From: an uncultured Thermotogae bacterium | Lineage (GTDB): Bacteria > Bipolaricaulota > Bipolaricaulia > UBA7950 > UBA9294 | Length of the DNA stretch: 46,551 nucleotides | Assembly: GCA_964354815.1 (NCBI GenBank) | Contig: CAYHBG010000003.1 | Coordinates: 1 to 46,551 of the forward strand | Reading direction: 5' to 3' | Shown: positions 30,901-38,540 of the stretch, piece by piece | Layout of the letters: every line of letters starts with the position of its first letter | Numbering within the stretch: the stretch's first letter is position 1 | Position numbers and translations under genes: made by a program | Notes under the pieces: generated by a model | Told to the model about the DNA's origin: nothing | Database searches by the model: none | What the model saw: the letters and a program-made list of their open reading frames with translations, nothing else

Positions 30901-31267
30901 CCTCGGGGTTCTGCTCGACGAAGCGAACGAATCGCTCGTCGCTAGCGAGGGCCGACACGCGCCGCTGTCGCTCCTCCACCGACATCCCGACGGGCGTCTG
31001 TCCGGTCGGGTCTGCGGTCCTCTCGAAGTTGAAGAGCCTCGACTGGATCGCGTCGGGCCCCACCTTCAGCCCGATGTCCTGGCGGTGCACGGCCGCCTTC
31101 GCGCGGTCGAGGCGCGCGGCCTCCTCGATCTCGATGGGCTGATTCGACGGGACCACCGACTTCAGGCCAGCGGCCACGTCGAACGAACGCTTCGCGGCGA
31201 TCCGCTCGCGGTACGGCTCGTCGGTCAGCAGCATGTCGAGGGGCAGGCTCACGAGGTCTTCGCTCAC
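21995..31267 (-). CDS. Giant virion/ejection protein (3090 aa), polyvalent-protein-like, with ART-like and HExxH motifs
   Basis: Single uninterrupted ORF at the position of T7 gp16. Gly/Ala-zipper hydrophobic region near the N-terminus (VPFAIVGGAAAGAALFGAPTAGVGAAPGAAIGATTAPLVILPSAFAIGAVV). VFHGTAAIFKKFD ... GWGIYFTTS ... NYVIYDD at nt 26168-27025. FQHELAHWY with HELAH at nt 26015-26029. Confidence 0.85.
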   Translation of the reverse strand: MSEDLVSLPLDMLLTDEPYRERIAAKRSFDVAAGLKSVVPSNQPIEIEEAARLDRAKAAVHRQDIGLKVGPDAIQSRLFNFERTADPTGQTPVGMSVEERQRRVSALASDERFVRFVEQNPEANFYGADDSTFFEGAAQLMRDVIDKPAVVAGALQRSRLQLEKSRVYEDLFRGAPAWEVAGEISRINKQIAETGGQPKSAFDRRILETLGGMADTMFVDPAIEGAKAARVAVPFAIVGGAAAGAALFGAPTAGVGAAPGAAIGATTAPLVILPSAFAIGAVVSMWRRSTGSAYGDMIEAGEDPDALATKLAAITFGTVETGIEFMGAKFQWNVFGKPLLAKAIPGMLKPAVRKEALAYFANPTRLARAVGWLGAAAKASGAEASEEFFQAVLSPAIGDAVLRAGQGKPLGAILDEVFLQEMGPNAVQGLEEAASVFATMMLTGGLFAPLASYRANKEVSAQEDDAEFFDAWAKTESTSKLIERSPRLAGEFLGILTEGSDRSTVYVDPDILQGALNSEAIPAEEADAVMPEVSKRIQDARDQGRRVAIPAREFATVVSNSKLMPHIRAHLTSVPAGLTPAQRMEAQKKSMQEIGLGDLAEEKDSVLAMQVMLDSSAGEVGMRVAEQLAKTGFRDEKTAETEGMAVRDRVRALAAMVSQATGKLYTPEEVFALYPLNVLSKEQVRAIRAGEVDGSAAGPELAPLSQEEVEEQAKVRVQAANETPATNLPVGRVEEAFLSTVARTGREGLTSSVLADLPGAPKKRGEAVRLTAQELAEENIKLQDAAMSDDEDLSLVKRAAKLAKKMLRVEKEGARSADLESLDADVRPTSFNELVGFVETARREAGGQRDWYKQFGEGIARVVGRANLHEASIIFGITSAQTNTWQNLKNTLRIMIAARKFDPTTDPDGFKREVIRKGPGRLGIKITNAALDKIVEVYQTGTYAGGLKVSNYMTLTRRRADNKFYPFTVQDVHMSRVFGFRFRDWVTSEKTGISTIVDTAQMPSPEAIRYSMLMTEQLAQHFGMAPDEIQALLWFYAKTHLSPRDTKPVSQFTEGSWEEAQFKSQDEIGQIEEMIANGQFDTTTPLNTALGREVDPSFTSDVQADPWSTNEFAAELDALAEARAPTTTVSVNPGQGRGYGFPKSTPLADLVEYQDRVLTAITDADGQIKVLRRLGINHIITKTLGTFDRVEPSLVITYPGESWQTALTASRLLGDAFLQDASITARPDFNGQDFVLRFDRQGGGKISASDVEALYAKVNPTQDPDGVNFTLSPDGLGLTFMDGRRFADGDYTADMFDEFGTKIAAALGDGFYVLSHYAVESNYDGSDIYAGRGAANIATTWVDGAAAGAPDLQSAVVNDLYQPVWREYSAAVERLGFEPKRTVSPLGTPLEVGVNDKQARTKTATKLDILSQLVFHGTAAIFKKFDISFIGTGEGAQAFGWGIYFTTSRGIARFYRDKLSGGWQYKGHPVIAPPTVWGLLRSVHSQNIEGARERIEQIIAHHTLRIYNGATSRDGTMVPIEEDALRRAVGLLVKSDIDKTMRLSADDGYTRIHHITPETRAGNEAALTETERLVAEEMEAFDFDALVKNKGMIAAVHIPDSHDLAIWELPLSKQDPKVREGIIRALREGVPNSTLDFIKRTDARFEQIYELATSEQFTPQGLSESLAANGVLGHSYDAQSISGRRTVDGETATNYVIYDDAAISEIVETLDSAGKQASDGPRAQIALKEKEAYAAVLSASDLTGFQHELAHWYLQQMVVFRQLGLASEQMNADLDTVVRWTGAQSFEHLTRPLVDQMFQGKPDKPHELFARGFEVWLAEGKAPTPEMEGIFFKFKSWVRQAYGGLRQTRELLGVSLTDEIREVYDRLFLIEGAVEEAAGDIAEPLFADRPEGWSDAQWAAYQKMWVRHKSEAFTRVTRRHMPDAKRRMREQLAQAMDMFRQEAEAAVAADPGWAAIEWLKRSEQGQGLDRAGLEEILGTQGPGLIDALLARPAQGTGRRLVVANGMDPEWAAESLGFGSVGDMVESMLQARTVDQHVQERVNREIEGNDQWSEESVTADAEAAAGADREALALAELAALRQMVEGPALDAARTAQASTGAPAAPDAASDVALAEASLAEAVSSGASQQAISDLQALVVNARAQQTAAVEGRKQARVAGQTLRAIEERLRAGILRGRARQLVGDVLAGDLKKQRHAWNTVASAAGKAARKALAARKFADAAVEIERQMMADYAVDEINRTMVESERGWRMLDKLKKGKNLAKLRAPGFDGAAQIVKLMQRYDLSKARRGRPEGQTLFGVKLQKIIVAAQQAEGLQSLAEFVKSAEESHLESISVPDWLMHAESDTRHWSKMPVSEFLGLIDVIRNIETASRQEVKDIRTGEKVAIETAVDQIVSRVEEVNGLRKQGQSSRPNPMSLQSLRDMIRWADAMLLRIVDWIDFAGGDDIQNNTLRRYVFESIDRGEHDYIDGSNELTKPWLAAMDKLDWVRMNREIALPGVDNPGTPNKVRIYEVLMWFLHSGTESNLYRRDEGYAGNEDLKGWTPGVMEQAIQQHLTVEDLKIAQEIWDAFEGLRGRVFEHEFEMTGNRPTALERREFIAHTGQKMNGGYMPAKYWSKYNKRAQALNDKADVEGMFGHNFVKSEVEHGHVKSRAAKYSAPLDTDIGVISQHLDRVIYDLTMRKAVRDTYKIVNHPRFESVIRKTWGPEYVDALKKMVHDAARVKSGKPSDGWRKAEKINSLARSSVIYSGLAYRISTGLIQVTGLAPGFSEVGPHWMAMAIANSTRKGVWGLVREVRAASRVLQHRGITKDRELREMLSRKQDRNSLKARIDANTGILITTADAVVSSIVWDAQRMKSMSQHGDMARAIREADRAIERTQGSSTIAGASQLMRAEGWVRWVTLFGSFTSNIYARTRRAARMAGGLQATEDVDGRAVRRAMPASAAWMIITTIYVPAMLDALIRGEGPPEDDEGEKEWLSWSLKRAVSLLASPVPGVSQLVDGMLFPEKRRFLGKSPASRMLDVPVQMFDELQAVFNEDEQFDAEKLTLLTMQGLTMGRVAPLSQAEIWVDNFWPGEEMGSPRDLIWRKPRDRRE

Positions 31268-33183
31268 TTCGCCACCGCCTTCTCCGCGGTGTCGTCCCTG
31301 AATCTGCGGGGTTCGAGCCCGTCCACGATCGGCGTGAGCGGCGCGTTCGTCAGAAGCCCGAACCGCAGAAGGTGGATCACCATGGCGGGGTCCCTCGACA
31401 GGCTCTCGGGCGTCGAGTCGAGCGGGAACCGCCTACCATCCACCACCAGACTGGGATGGTTCATTCCGATCTCTAGCGCCGTGGCGATGAGGCCTTGGTC
31501 CTTCTTCTGCGCGAGGTCGAAGGACACCTCCTCGGGGTCCGCCGTGAACAGCTCGCCTAGCGTCCCATCGAACCCACCGCTGTGCCACTGGTCGTCGTAC
31601 GACAGGTGAAGGCTCGTGGCCATCCTCTCCAGCTCGATGCGGTCCGGCAGCTTCTCGTTCAGCCGGAAGAAGTCCTGCGACAGGTCCAGCATCTGCTGGT
31701 ACTTCTTCGCGTACGATCCCCGCACGTCCTTGGCCGGCGTCTTCTCGTAGGGGCCCTTCCCGTCTACCCGCACGCGGGCGGCGTCGAGAGCCTCTCCTAT
31801 CACCTTCGGTTCGGGAACCGACCCCTTCATGCCGAGGGCGGGTCCCGCCCACGCCGTGAAGTCGGACTCCTTCATGAAGGGCTTCCAGTACATGATCTCG
31901 GACCGACTCATGCCATCTGTCGGCTGGTACAGGCGGTCCTTGGCCTTGGGCGTCGACTCGGCCGGGAACCCGGTGCCCGTCTTCCCCATGTTGGTCTGCA
32001 CCTGAAGAAGCCAACCAGCGAACTGCGTGTCCCTCTCCCCGTGCGCGCCCTCAAGAAGGCGAGTGACCTCCGCCGACACCGCCGCGGTGTCCCCCTTGGC
32101 CAGAAGCTTGATGACGTTGGTCTGCTGAGCGCCTCGCAGGTCGTCGTGCGCCTGCTTGTCGGAGTCGAGACGAAGGCCCAGGTCCACGCTGGCCCTCCGC
32201 TTGACCTCCTGCACCATGTCGTCGGGAGCCTCGTATCCATTTCGGGCCTTGAAGTCGGACTTGAACACCGAAGCCGCGTGGTCCCGCAACGCCTTCTCGC
32301 TGGGCGTGCTGTCGCTCGCGAGCACGGCCGAGTAGGAGCCCGACACGATCCCGTCCATCGACGAGTAGGCGCCCTCGTCCACGATCCTCTTGGTGACGGC
32401 GGCCCGCTCGGTCGGAGACCACATCGACTCGTAGGCCTCTTGGATCTTGCGCGCGACGGGGATCCTGTTGGGCGATAGGTCCAGCTGCGCGAAAACAGAC
32501 TTGTACGCGTTCTCCGCGATGAGGTTGCGGGTCTGCACGGCGGTCTCTTCGTCGCTCATGCCCCGGTGCATCATCTCAAGGTTCTGCTCGGTCTCCTTGA
32601 TCAGGTCGGGGTCCGCGTAGCTCGTCGTCCCGTCGGGCCGCGTACGCGGGAGGAATCGCTCGGGCGCCTCGATGACCGTCTTCTGCATGCGCGTGCTGAT
32701 CGCGGCTCCGGCACGCGACACACGCAGGTCTTCGAGCTGTCCGGCCTCCTCCGCCGCCACCTGATCGCGGGTGCGAGCGATCTCCTTCGTCGCGAACTCG
32801 ATGAACGCGTCGCGGCCCGGGCCCGTCTTCATCTTCGACGCGTACTCGCGCGCGTGGTCGTTCAGCTTCTGCGTGGTCTCCAGGGCCGCGCCCTCGAAGT
32901 CCTCCGCTCGGCGAAGGAGAACGCCGTCCTTGCCCCGGAGAAGGTCCGACTCGAAGGACCAGTAGTCCTGCTGCCCCTCCAGGTACACGCGCTCGTTGGC
33001 CCGCTGGTTGTACCCACGAGCCACGATCGCGACGGCTCGGTTCGTGTCTTCCCCCAGCCGATCGAGAGCGCCACCCAGCAGCGTCATTCCAGCCGCCACG
33101 CGGTCTGCGCCAACGTCGGTCTGCACGCCGCCTAACGAGGCGCCGAGGGAGTTGCGAACGTCTACCGGCTCGACTTTGGCCAC
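31264..33183 (-). CDS. Internal virion protein (639 aa; positional analogue of T7 gp15)
   Basis: GTG start 6 nt after GAGG. Largely helical, charged protein between a Gly-zipper protein and the giant protein. Confidence 0.6.
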   Translation of the reverse strand: MAKVEPVDVRNSLGASLGGVQTDVGADRVAAGMTLLGGALDRLGEDTNRAVAIVARGYNQRANERVYLEGQQDYWSFESDLLRGKDGVLLRRAEDFEGAALETTQKLNDHAREYASKMKTGPGRDAFIEFATKEIARTRDQVAAEEAGQLEDLRVSRAGAAISTRMQKTVIEAPERFLPRTRPDGTTSYADPDLIKETEQNLEMMHRGMSDEETAVQTRNLIAENAYKSVFAQLDLSPNRIPVARKIQEAYESMWSPTERAAVTKRIVDEGAYSSMDGIVSGSYSAVLASDSTPSEKALRDHAASVFKSDFKARNGYEAPDDMVQEVKRRASVDLGLRLDSDKQAHDDLRGAQQTNVIKLLAKGDTAAVSAEVTRLLEGAHGERDTQFAGWLLQVQTNMGKTGTGFPAESTPKAKDRLYQPTDGMSRSEIMYWKPFMKESDFTAWAGPALGMKGSVPEPKVIGEALDAARVRVDGKGPYEKTPAKDVRGSYAKKYQQMLDLSQDFFRLNEKLPDRIELERMATSLHLSYDDQWHSGGFDGTLGELFTADPEEVSFDLAQKKDQGLIATALEIGMNHPSLVVDGRRFPLDSTPESLSRDPAMVIHLLRFGLLTNAPLTPIVDGLEPRRFRDDTAEKAVAK

Positions 33184-33834
33184 TTATCGCCTCGTCACGT
33201 AGTTGGAAGGCCCGATGGCGAACGGGCGATCCCAGTCAACCCCGCCGAACGTATCCTCGTTGGCGACCGAAGCTTTTCCGAACCCGCCCATCGCGTATCC
33301 CACGCTGGTGTAGGCGCTCGTTATCCCGCCGAGTATCCCAACGCCCGCCGCCGCGGCGCCGTACATGTGGCCCGACGCGATGTTGTTTCCGCGAGCGATC
33401 GCGTTGCTGGCCGTCAGCTGCAGAGACAGCACGCGCGCGTCCACGTTTCGCTTGATGATGTCTCCGTCGAACGTCTGGAACTTGCGGGCCTCGGTCATCT
33501 GCCGGGCCACGTTGCCGATCGAAAGGTCCTTCGACGACGTGGCCTGCGCGACCATCAGTCGTCCAAACTCGCGCTGCGCCTGCACGCCGAACTTGAACAT
33601 CTCGACCTCGCCCGCCTGCTCGGCCAGAGCGGCCTCGTAGCGTGCGATCTTGGCCTCGTACTTTCCCTGGTCCTTCGCGGCGTCGGCCGCCTGCATCTGG
33701 CCCGAGATCGTGACGGCTCCGCTGATGATGGCGGGGATCGACGCAACAGCCACGTTGGCGGCCAGCGCAGCGCCCGCGCTGAGGCTCGTCGCGATGCCGG
33801 CTCCGGCCGCTCCAGCCGCTAGGAAGATGCACAT
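33184..33834 (-). CDS. Internal virion protein with Gly/Ala-zipper membrane segments (216 aa; positional analogue of T7 gp14)
   Basis: ATG at 33834, 6 nt after GGAGAGGGGA; the alternative is ATG at 33852. MCIFLAAGAAGAGIATSLSAGAALAANVAVASIPAIISGAV, plus a second Gly-rich hydrophobic segment near the C-terminus. Confidence 0.6.
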   Translation of the reverse strand: MCIFLAAGAAGAGIATSLSAGAALAANVAVASIPAIISGAVTISGQMQAADAAKDQGKYEAKIARYEAALAEQAGEVEMFKFGVQAQREFGRLMVAQATSSKDLSIGNVARQMTEARKFQTFDGDIIKRNVDARVLSLQLTASNAIARGNNIASGHMYGAAAAGVGILGGITSAYTSVGYAMGGFGKASVANEDTFGGVDWDRPFAIGPSNYVTRR

Positions 33835-34301
33835 GTCTGGTCCCCTCTCCACCAGAACACGTAGTAGTCGTGTTCTCCGCGCTTGACGACCGTGTCCTTG
33901 AAGATCTCGAACCCGAGCACCTCAAGCATGCTCTGCGCCGGACCGTCCTCCGCCGGCACGTAGTTCATCATGGGTCCGGGGTACGCCTTCGTCAGCTCGG
34001 CCCACCACCGCTTGGCCTCTCGCATCACGCGGATCGGGTGCTCCATCAGAGCGAGCTGCGTCATTACCATCCAAGGCACCTGCACCTTCTCGTCGTCTGC
34101 CACACCAAACATCGCAACCGGCTCGTCCCCAAGCATGACGAGGCGAGCCATCTTCGAGCTGCGCCAGCAGTACTCAAGCCCCTCCTCCACCGTCGCGAAC
34201 GAGCGGAGGAAGTCGTCTCGCTCGGGGATTCGGATGTCGCACGCCAGAACGGACAGCTGGCTCGGTGTCACGACGGGCAGGTACGTGATTTCACTCAGCA
34301 T
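33819..34301 (-). CDS. Small virion-module protein, GNAT-fold-like (160 aa)
   Basis: The pattern LVMLGDEPVAMFGV...VPWMVMT...YPGPMMNYVPAEDGPAQSMLEVLGFEI resembles acetyltransferase-fold proteins seen next to internal virion genes in podoviruses. This is recollection only. Confidence 0.45.
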   Translation of the reverse strand: MLSEITYLPVVTPSQLSVLACDIRIPERDDFLRSFATVEEGLEYCWRSSKMARLVMLGDEPVAMFGVADDEKVQVPWMVMTQLALMEHPIRVMREAKRWWAELTKAYPGPMMNYVPAEDGPAQSMLEVLGFEIFKDTVVKRGEHDYYVFWWRGDQTCASS

Positions 34302-37074
34302 CGATTGTGCCCGCCTCGATTGTGGGGACGACAGCCGTCAGAGAGAACGGGAAGCCGTCCTCCGACTGGATCACCAGACGACCGTCTCGCCTCCACTCGG
34401 GATGCGGAGTGGTCGGAATAACGCCGCGAAGGGCCAGCCTGTTCATGCTGAAGTCCTCCTCCGTCCGCAGCTGCGACAGAGACAGCGTGAGGAGGTTGGC
34501 TCGCCGACGACCGTACGAGAACCCAACGGCCAGGCTGAACCGAAGAAGGATCTCGCTGACCTGCACGGGTAGGCCCGTGATGGGGTTGGTGGGCGAGTCG
34601 ATGTCCAGCGTCTCGATCTCACACACGTACGTCTCTCCCGCCACGATCTTGCCCGCGTAGGTGGCCGACGTGGGGGCGAACTGGTACTGCCCTCCCGCGG
34701 CCAGCGTGAGGCCCGTGTACATCGTGAGGTCTGCCCGAATAGCAACGGACCCAGCCCGATAGTTGAGGTTGTGGGCCCGATACAGGTTTCCGACGCCGTC
34801 GTTGTAGAGGCCCGAGATCCCGTACTCGAAGAATCCGCTCGGGAGGATCGTCTCCGCGTTGAACAGCTGCCGAGTCGTCGGGTCCGCGTTGATGGCCCGA
34901 TACAGCCGGTACCTGTTCCCGCTGACCTGCTCCGCCATGAACACGAGACCGTCGATCGCGACGAGAGGAGATCCGGCCGACGCCCGGAACTGGAACAGCT
35001 CGTTGGCCGACAGCGCGCTTCCAGTCGTTAGGTGGAGAGCGAGCGTCGATCCCTCCCACACCGTCTGGGCGACCGTCACGCTCCCGTCGCAGAACCCCAG
35101 AGTCAGCACGGGGCTGTTGGACTCGACCGCGTTGTCGAGCCAGATCCCCTGGTCCACAAACTCCGGGTCTATCATCGTCATTCGCTCGATCTGTGTGTAG
35201 CGGGTGGTGGACCCATAGAGCCTCTCCACCGTCACGTACACGTTGTCGAGCCCACCCTCGTTGACGACCGCGCAGGCCTTCATCTTCCCGTTGGTGTCCA
35301 CGCGCGACCACGCGAACACCTGCTGGTCACGAACGTACGTGCAGAAAAGCCCCTGCCCGTCCGACATGATCTGGAACAGCACGTTGAAGGGAGACTGCGA
35401 GAAGCACTGGTCCACGACGACGCGCTGCTTGAAGAGATGGTTCGCGAACAGCGACAGGTTGCTGGAAGCGAACCCGTCGCTCTGAATCGCAAACGCCAGG
35501 TCCCTCACCACGTGGCCCGAGTAGTCGACGAATATGGCCGACTCCCCCACCAGAACGGGCTTCACGAACGAGCTTCCCCAGTGGCTCTGCGCGAGCAGGC
35601 CAGAGCTGGGCGTGATGCCTTCCTTGTCCCCCGTGTCGAAGCCCCACTCTCCGTCCGACGTGAGAATCAGTAGGTCCTTCAGCGGAACGAAGTGCTGAAC
35701 CTCGTGCACGGACCGGCCCACGATGGCCAGCTCGACGGGGTCGTCGTCCGTGCTTACGGTCGATGTCGCGAAGCTCGACAGCGAGCCGGACCTCGATCCG
35801 TACACGTCCCGCAGCAGGTTGTTCGTACGCCCGAACCAGATGCGCTGTTGCGCCAGCTCGACCGCGTTGGGGTACTTGTCGGCCGCGTCGAAGATGTCGG
35901 CCGTCAGCGGCGGGGCAATCGATAGGTTGGGGGCCGCGCCCTCGTCCACGTACGCGAGCGTGCCGGACGTTCCCTCGACGATTCCCAGAAGCCCGTACAC
36001 GCCCGACGTGGCCTTGTACACGCGATACTTGTCGTTGCCTGCCACGTGCGCCCACTGAATGCGGACCGGGTTCGCCGAACTCATGGACTGCGCGTCGATC
36101 TTCGGGTTGCCCGGTCCCACGTAGCTAGGGTGGTCCGTGGGCAGCGAGTCGACCGTCAGAAGAAACGCAAGTGACTCCTCGAACGTGCCGTTGGCCGTCT
36201 CGATCGAAGTGACCGCGTACAGGATCTCGTCGGTCCCCGACGGCGGATCAGACCCGTTCGCGTACGTCGACTGCGTGACGGTGGGGGCCGCGTTGCTAGG
36301 CGCGGGGTCGAACGGGACGATGGTCCAAGCGGTGTCGCCGGTCCGCGTGATGACCTTGGTGGGCGCCGACTCGTGGGACACATACAGCGTGTCGTTGGCC
36401 TGCGTGAAGTCCAGCTCCATCGGGTCGACGGTCGAGTACCAGCCGTCGGTGTTGTCGAGGAAGTAGATCAGGCCAAACAGCGACTCCGAACCGTTGCTGA
36501 CGTACCCAGACGTGGCGAGGTTTCCGCCCGTCAAGTAGTCCTGAACGTAGAAGCGGGTGTCCGTCGGAGCGGGCGTGGACAACGCGCCGCCTCCCGGATG
36601 AATGCGGAGCCAGCGGTTCTGGCACTCGATGAACCCGCCCGTCGACCAGAAGATGATGTCGTTGGCGTTGTACAGCCCGAAGTTGCCCGCTCCACCCGCC
36701 GAGTCGTTCACGTACGTCCCGAAAGCGTCCTGCCCCATCGTGACGTTGGCCGCGTTCGAGCACAGCATCGCTTCGAGGATGATTCCGCCGTCCTTCGAGA
36801 AGTAGATCCGATTCTGCATCGCGTACACGATGTACGTCTGTTCGTTGTTGAACTCGAACGCGATGGGGCGAACGGGGCGGTCGAGCGTGTTGGTGGGACC
36901 GTGCGCGAACCCGATGAACTCCAGGCCGGGACGCTTGATCACGCCGCCTTCCGGCCGAACGATCACGTTGCGGCCAACACGCATCATCGTGGCATAGCGT
37001 TCGAGGTCGATGCGGGCCCAAAGTCCCGGGTCCACCTCTCCTCCGCTGAACGATCCTTGGTATAGCCTCGGCAT
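34291..37074 (-). CDS. Tail tubular protein B / nozzle-like protein (927 aa)
   Basis: Size and position fit. The N-terminus MPRLYQGSFSGGEVDPGLWARIDLERYATMMRVGRNVIVRPEGGVIKRPG resembles podovirus nozzle proteins. Confidence 0.6.
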   Translation of the reverse strand: MPRLYQGSFSGGEVDPGLWARIDLERYATMMRVGRNVIVRPEGGVIKRPGLEFIGFAHGPTNTLDRPVRPIAFEFNNEQTYIVYAMQNRIYFSKDGGIILEAMLCSNAANVTMGQDAFGTYVNDSAGGAGNFGLYNANDIIFWSTGGFIECQNRWLRIHPGGGALSTPAPTDTRFYVQDYLTGGNLATSGYVSNGSESLFGLIYFLDNTDGWYSTVDPMELDFTQANDTLYVSHESAPTKVITRTGDTAWTIVPFDPAPSNAAPTVTQSTYANGSDPPSGTDEILYAVTSIETANGTFEESLAFLLTVDSLPTDHPSYVGPGNPKIDAQSMSSANPVRIQWAHVAGNDKYRVYKATSGVYGLLGIVEGTSGTLAYVDEGAAPNLSIAPPLTADIFDAADKYPNAVELAQQRIWFGRTNNLLRDVYGSRSGSLSSFATSTVSTDDDPVELAIVGRSVHEVQHFVPLKDLLILTSDGEWGFDTGDKEGITPSSGLLAQSHWGSSFVKPVLVGESAIFVDYSGHVVRDLAFAIQSDGFASSNLSLFANHLFKQRVVVDQCFSQSPFNVLFQIMSDGQGLFCTYVRDQQVFAWSRVDTNGKMKACAVVNEGGLDNVYVTVERLYGSTTRYTQIERMTMIDPEFVDQGIWLDNAVESNSPVLTLGFCDGSVTVAQTVWEGSTLALHLTTGSALSANELFQFRASAGSPLVAIDGLVFMAEQVSGNRYRLYRAINADPTTRQLFNAETILPSGFFEYGISGLYNDGVGNLYRAHNLNYRAGSVAIRADLTMYTGLTLAAGGQYQFAPTSATYAGKIVAGETYVCEIETLDIDSPTNPITGLPVQVSEILLRFSLAVGFSYGRRRANLLTLSLSQLRTEEDFSMNRLALRGVIPTTPHPEWRRDGRLVIQSEDGFPFSLTAVVPTIEAGTIDAE

Positions 37075-37077
37075 GTG

Positions 37078-38079
37078 TCAGCGCCTCGACCGGGCCGCGC
37101 GGGACTGTCCGCCTCCCTCGATGTAACCGTCGTCCGACGACAGAACAGAAACGGCCTTCGAGAACGCGACGATGCTCGCCTTCTCCAGCGCCGCGATCAT
37201 GCGAGGAGACTTCGCGTGCGTGATGGAGGCCTGGAACGCAAGCTCGGCCGCGATGGAGTTCTGCGCCTCCACCGGCCACCGCGACACCGTGGTGTCGTCG
37301 ATCAGGTACAAGGCCGACGCGTTCTGTTTGTTGGTCCCGATGTGGTCGGACCACGTCGTGACGCTCTCGTCGAGGTACGGGCTTCCGTAGGCAAGCTCCA
37401 TCGTCAGACCCGCCGCGCCCGTCAGCGCGTACACGCCCGCGACGACGCCGGGCTCGAAGTCGCAGGACCAGGCGGTTCCACCCTCGTAGGTCTGCGCGAC
37501 GGCCCCCGGAAGCACGACCTCTGTTTCCCTGTCCATCCAGTCGAACCCGAAGTCGACAGCCGCGTCGGCCTTGTCCACCACGAAGTGCTCGACGTTGTCG
37601 TTGTCGAAGAACCGGGCCTGGCACCACTCGCGGTACACGTAGTTGGGCAGGTTGTTGGACGCTCCAGTCGTCCCGATCACGTACCCGGCCGCGACGGTCG
37701 CGTTGACCTCTGAGTACGCGATGGGAAGCGAAATCATCTGGTAGTTGGACGCCCAGCCCGCCTCGGGGACCTCGTCCGCGAACCGGAGGAACTGCAGGCT
37801 GTCGACGGGCTGCGCGTACACGTAGTCCCACACGTCGGACCACTGATGCGTCGTGCCCAGGTAGTCCTTGGTCGGCGCCTCGCGCAGGACCTGCGATCGA
37901 CGGAGGAAGTCGAACTTGCCGTCGCGAAACTGAGCCACTCTGATCTGGTCGTACAGCTGCTCGAACGTCAGCTCCAGAGCGGTGGTGGGCGAGCCCGAGT
38001 CGAGCACGTGGATGCCCGGAGACATGCCCATTCGGACAGCCGCCAGCTTCCAGAGACCAGTCTTGTCCGCGACGGTCAT
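37078..38079 (-). CDS. Head-tail adaptor / tail tubular protein A-like (333 aa)
   Basis: Assigned by position between the capsid module and the nozzle gene. No diagnostic motif recognised. Confidence 0.45.
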   Translation of the reverse strand: MTVADKTGLWKLAAVRMGMSPGIHVLDSGSPTTALELTFEQLYDQIRVAQFRDGKFDFLRRSQVLREAPTKDYLGTTHQWSDVWDYVYAQPVDSLQFLRFADEVPEAGWASNYQMISLPIAYSEVNATVAAGYVIGTTGASNNLPNYVYREWCQARFFDNDNVEHFVVDKADAAVDFGFDWMDRETEVVLPGAVAQTYEGGTAWSCDFEPGVVAGVYALTGAAGLTMELAYGSPYLDESVTTWSDHIGTNKQNASALYLIDDTTVSRWPVEAQNSIAAELAFQASITHAKSPRMIAALEKASIVAFSKAVSVLSSDDGYIEGGGQSRAARSRR

Positions 38080-38092
38080 TCAAACCCCACGA

Positions 38093-38120
38093 GGAGGGGA
38101 GGACGTTAGTCCTCCCCTCC
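38093..38120 (-). other. 12-bp GC hairpin between capsid and tail modules
   Basis: GGAGGGGAGGAC 38093-38104, loop GTTA, GTCCTCCCCTCC 38109-38120. It sits in the only sizeable gap of the structural operon. No U-tract follows on the transcribed strand. Confidence 0.6.
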
Positions 38121-38127
38121 CCTTCGG

Positions 38128-38529
38128 CTAACGCTTCTTCAGACTCTTAGCCAGGTCTCGGTCGAACTCCGGCCACGCCTCCACGATGTCGGCGCGCTGG
38201 ATCTCGAAGCCCGTGATGGCAAAGACACGCTGCAACGACGGCTGTCCCTTGATGGTCCAGTGGTTGTTGTCGGCGGGGTCCAGAGCTTCGAGAGCCTTTC
38301 GGATCCCGAACTCGCGGTCCCCGCGCAGGGCCGAGTAGTCCTCGGCTGACTGCTGCTCCTTCGTGAGCACGACCTTGGTGTCGTCTGCCTCTCCCGGCTG
38401 CACGATGCGGAAGTGGGGTGACGCCACGGGTAACCCGTTGTCGTCGAACGAGGAGATCTCGCGCTCCTCTCCCATCATCCACCGTCGTCCGTACTGCAGG
38501 CAGACCTTGTAGCAGCGTTCGCGTGCCAT
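38128..38529 (-). CDS. Hypothetical head-module protein (133 aa)
   Basis: ATG at 38529 (the track ORF opens one codon earlier at a TTG). A GGGGG stretch lies upstream. Confidence 0.6.
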   Translation of the reverse strand: MARERCYKVCLQYGRRWMMGEEREISSFDDNGLPVASPHFRIVQPGEADDTKVVLTKEQQSAEDYSALRGDREFGIRKALEALDPADNNHWTIKGQPSLQRVFAITGFEIQRADIVEAWPEFDRDLAKSLKKR

Positions 38530-38540
38530 CAACTAACCCC

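Noticed and set aside
21995-31267. The giant protein as an N4-like virion RNA polymerase
   Set aside because: I could not find the T7-like RNAP motif set (T/DxxGR, motif A/B/C with the catalytic Asp pair). The recognisable motifs are ART-like and HExxH, and the flanking genes follow the gp14-gp15-gp16 ejection-protein order.
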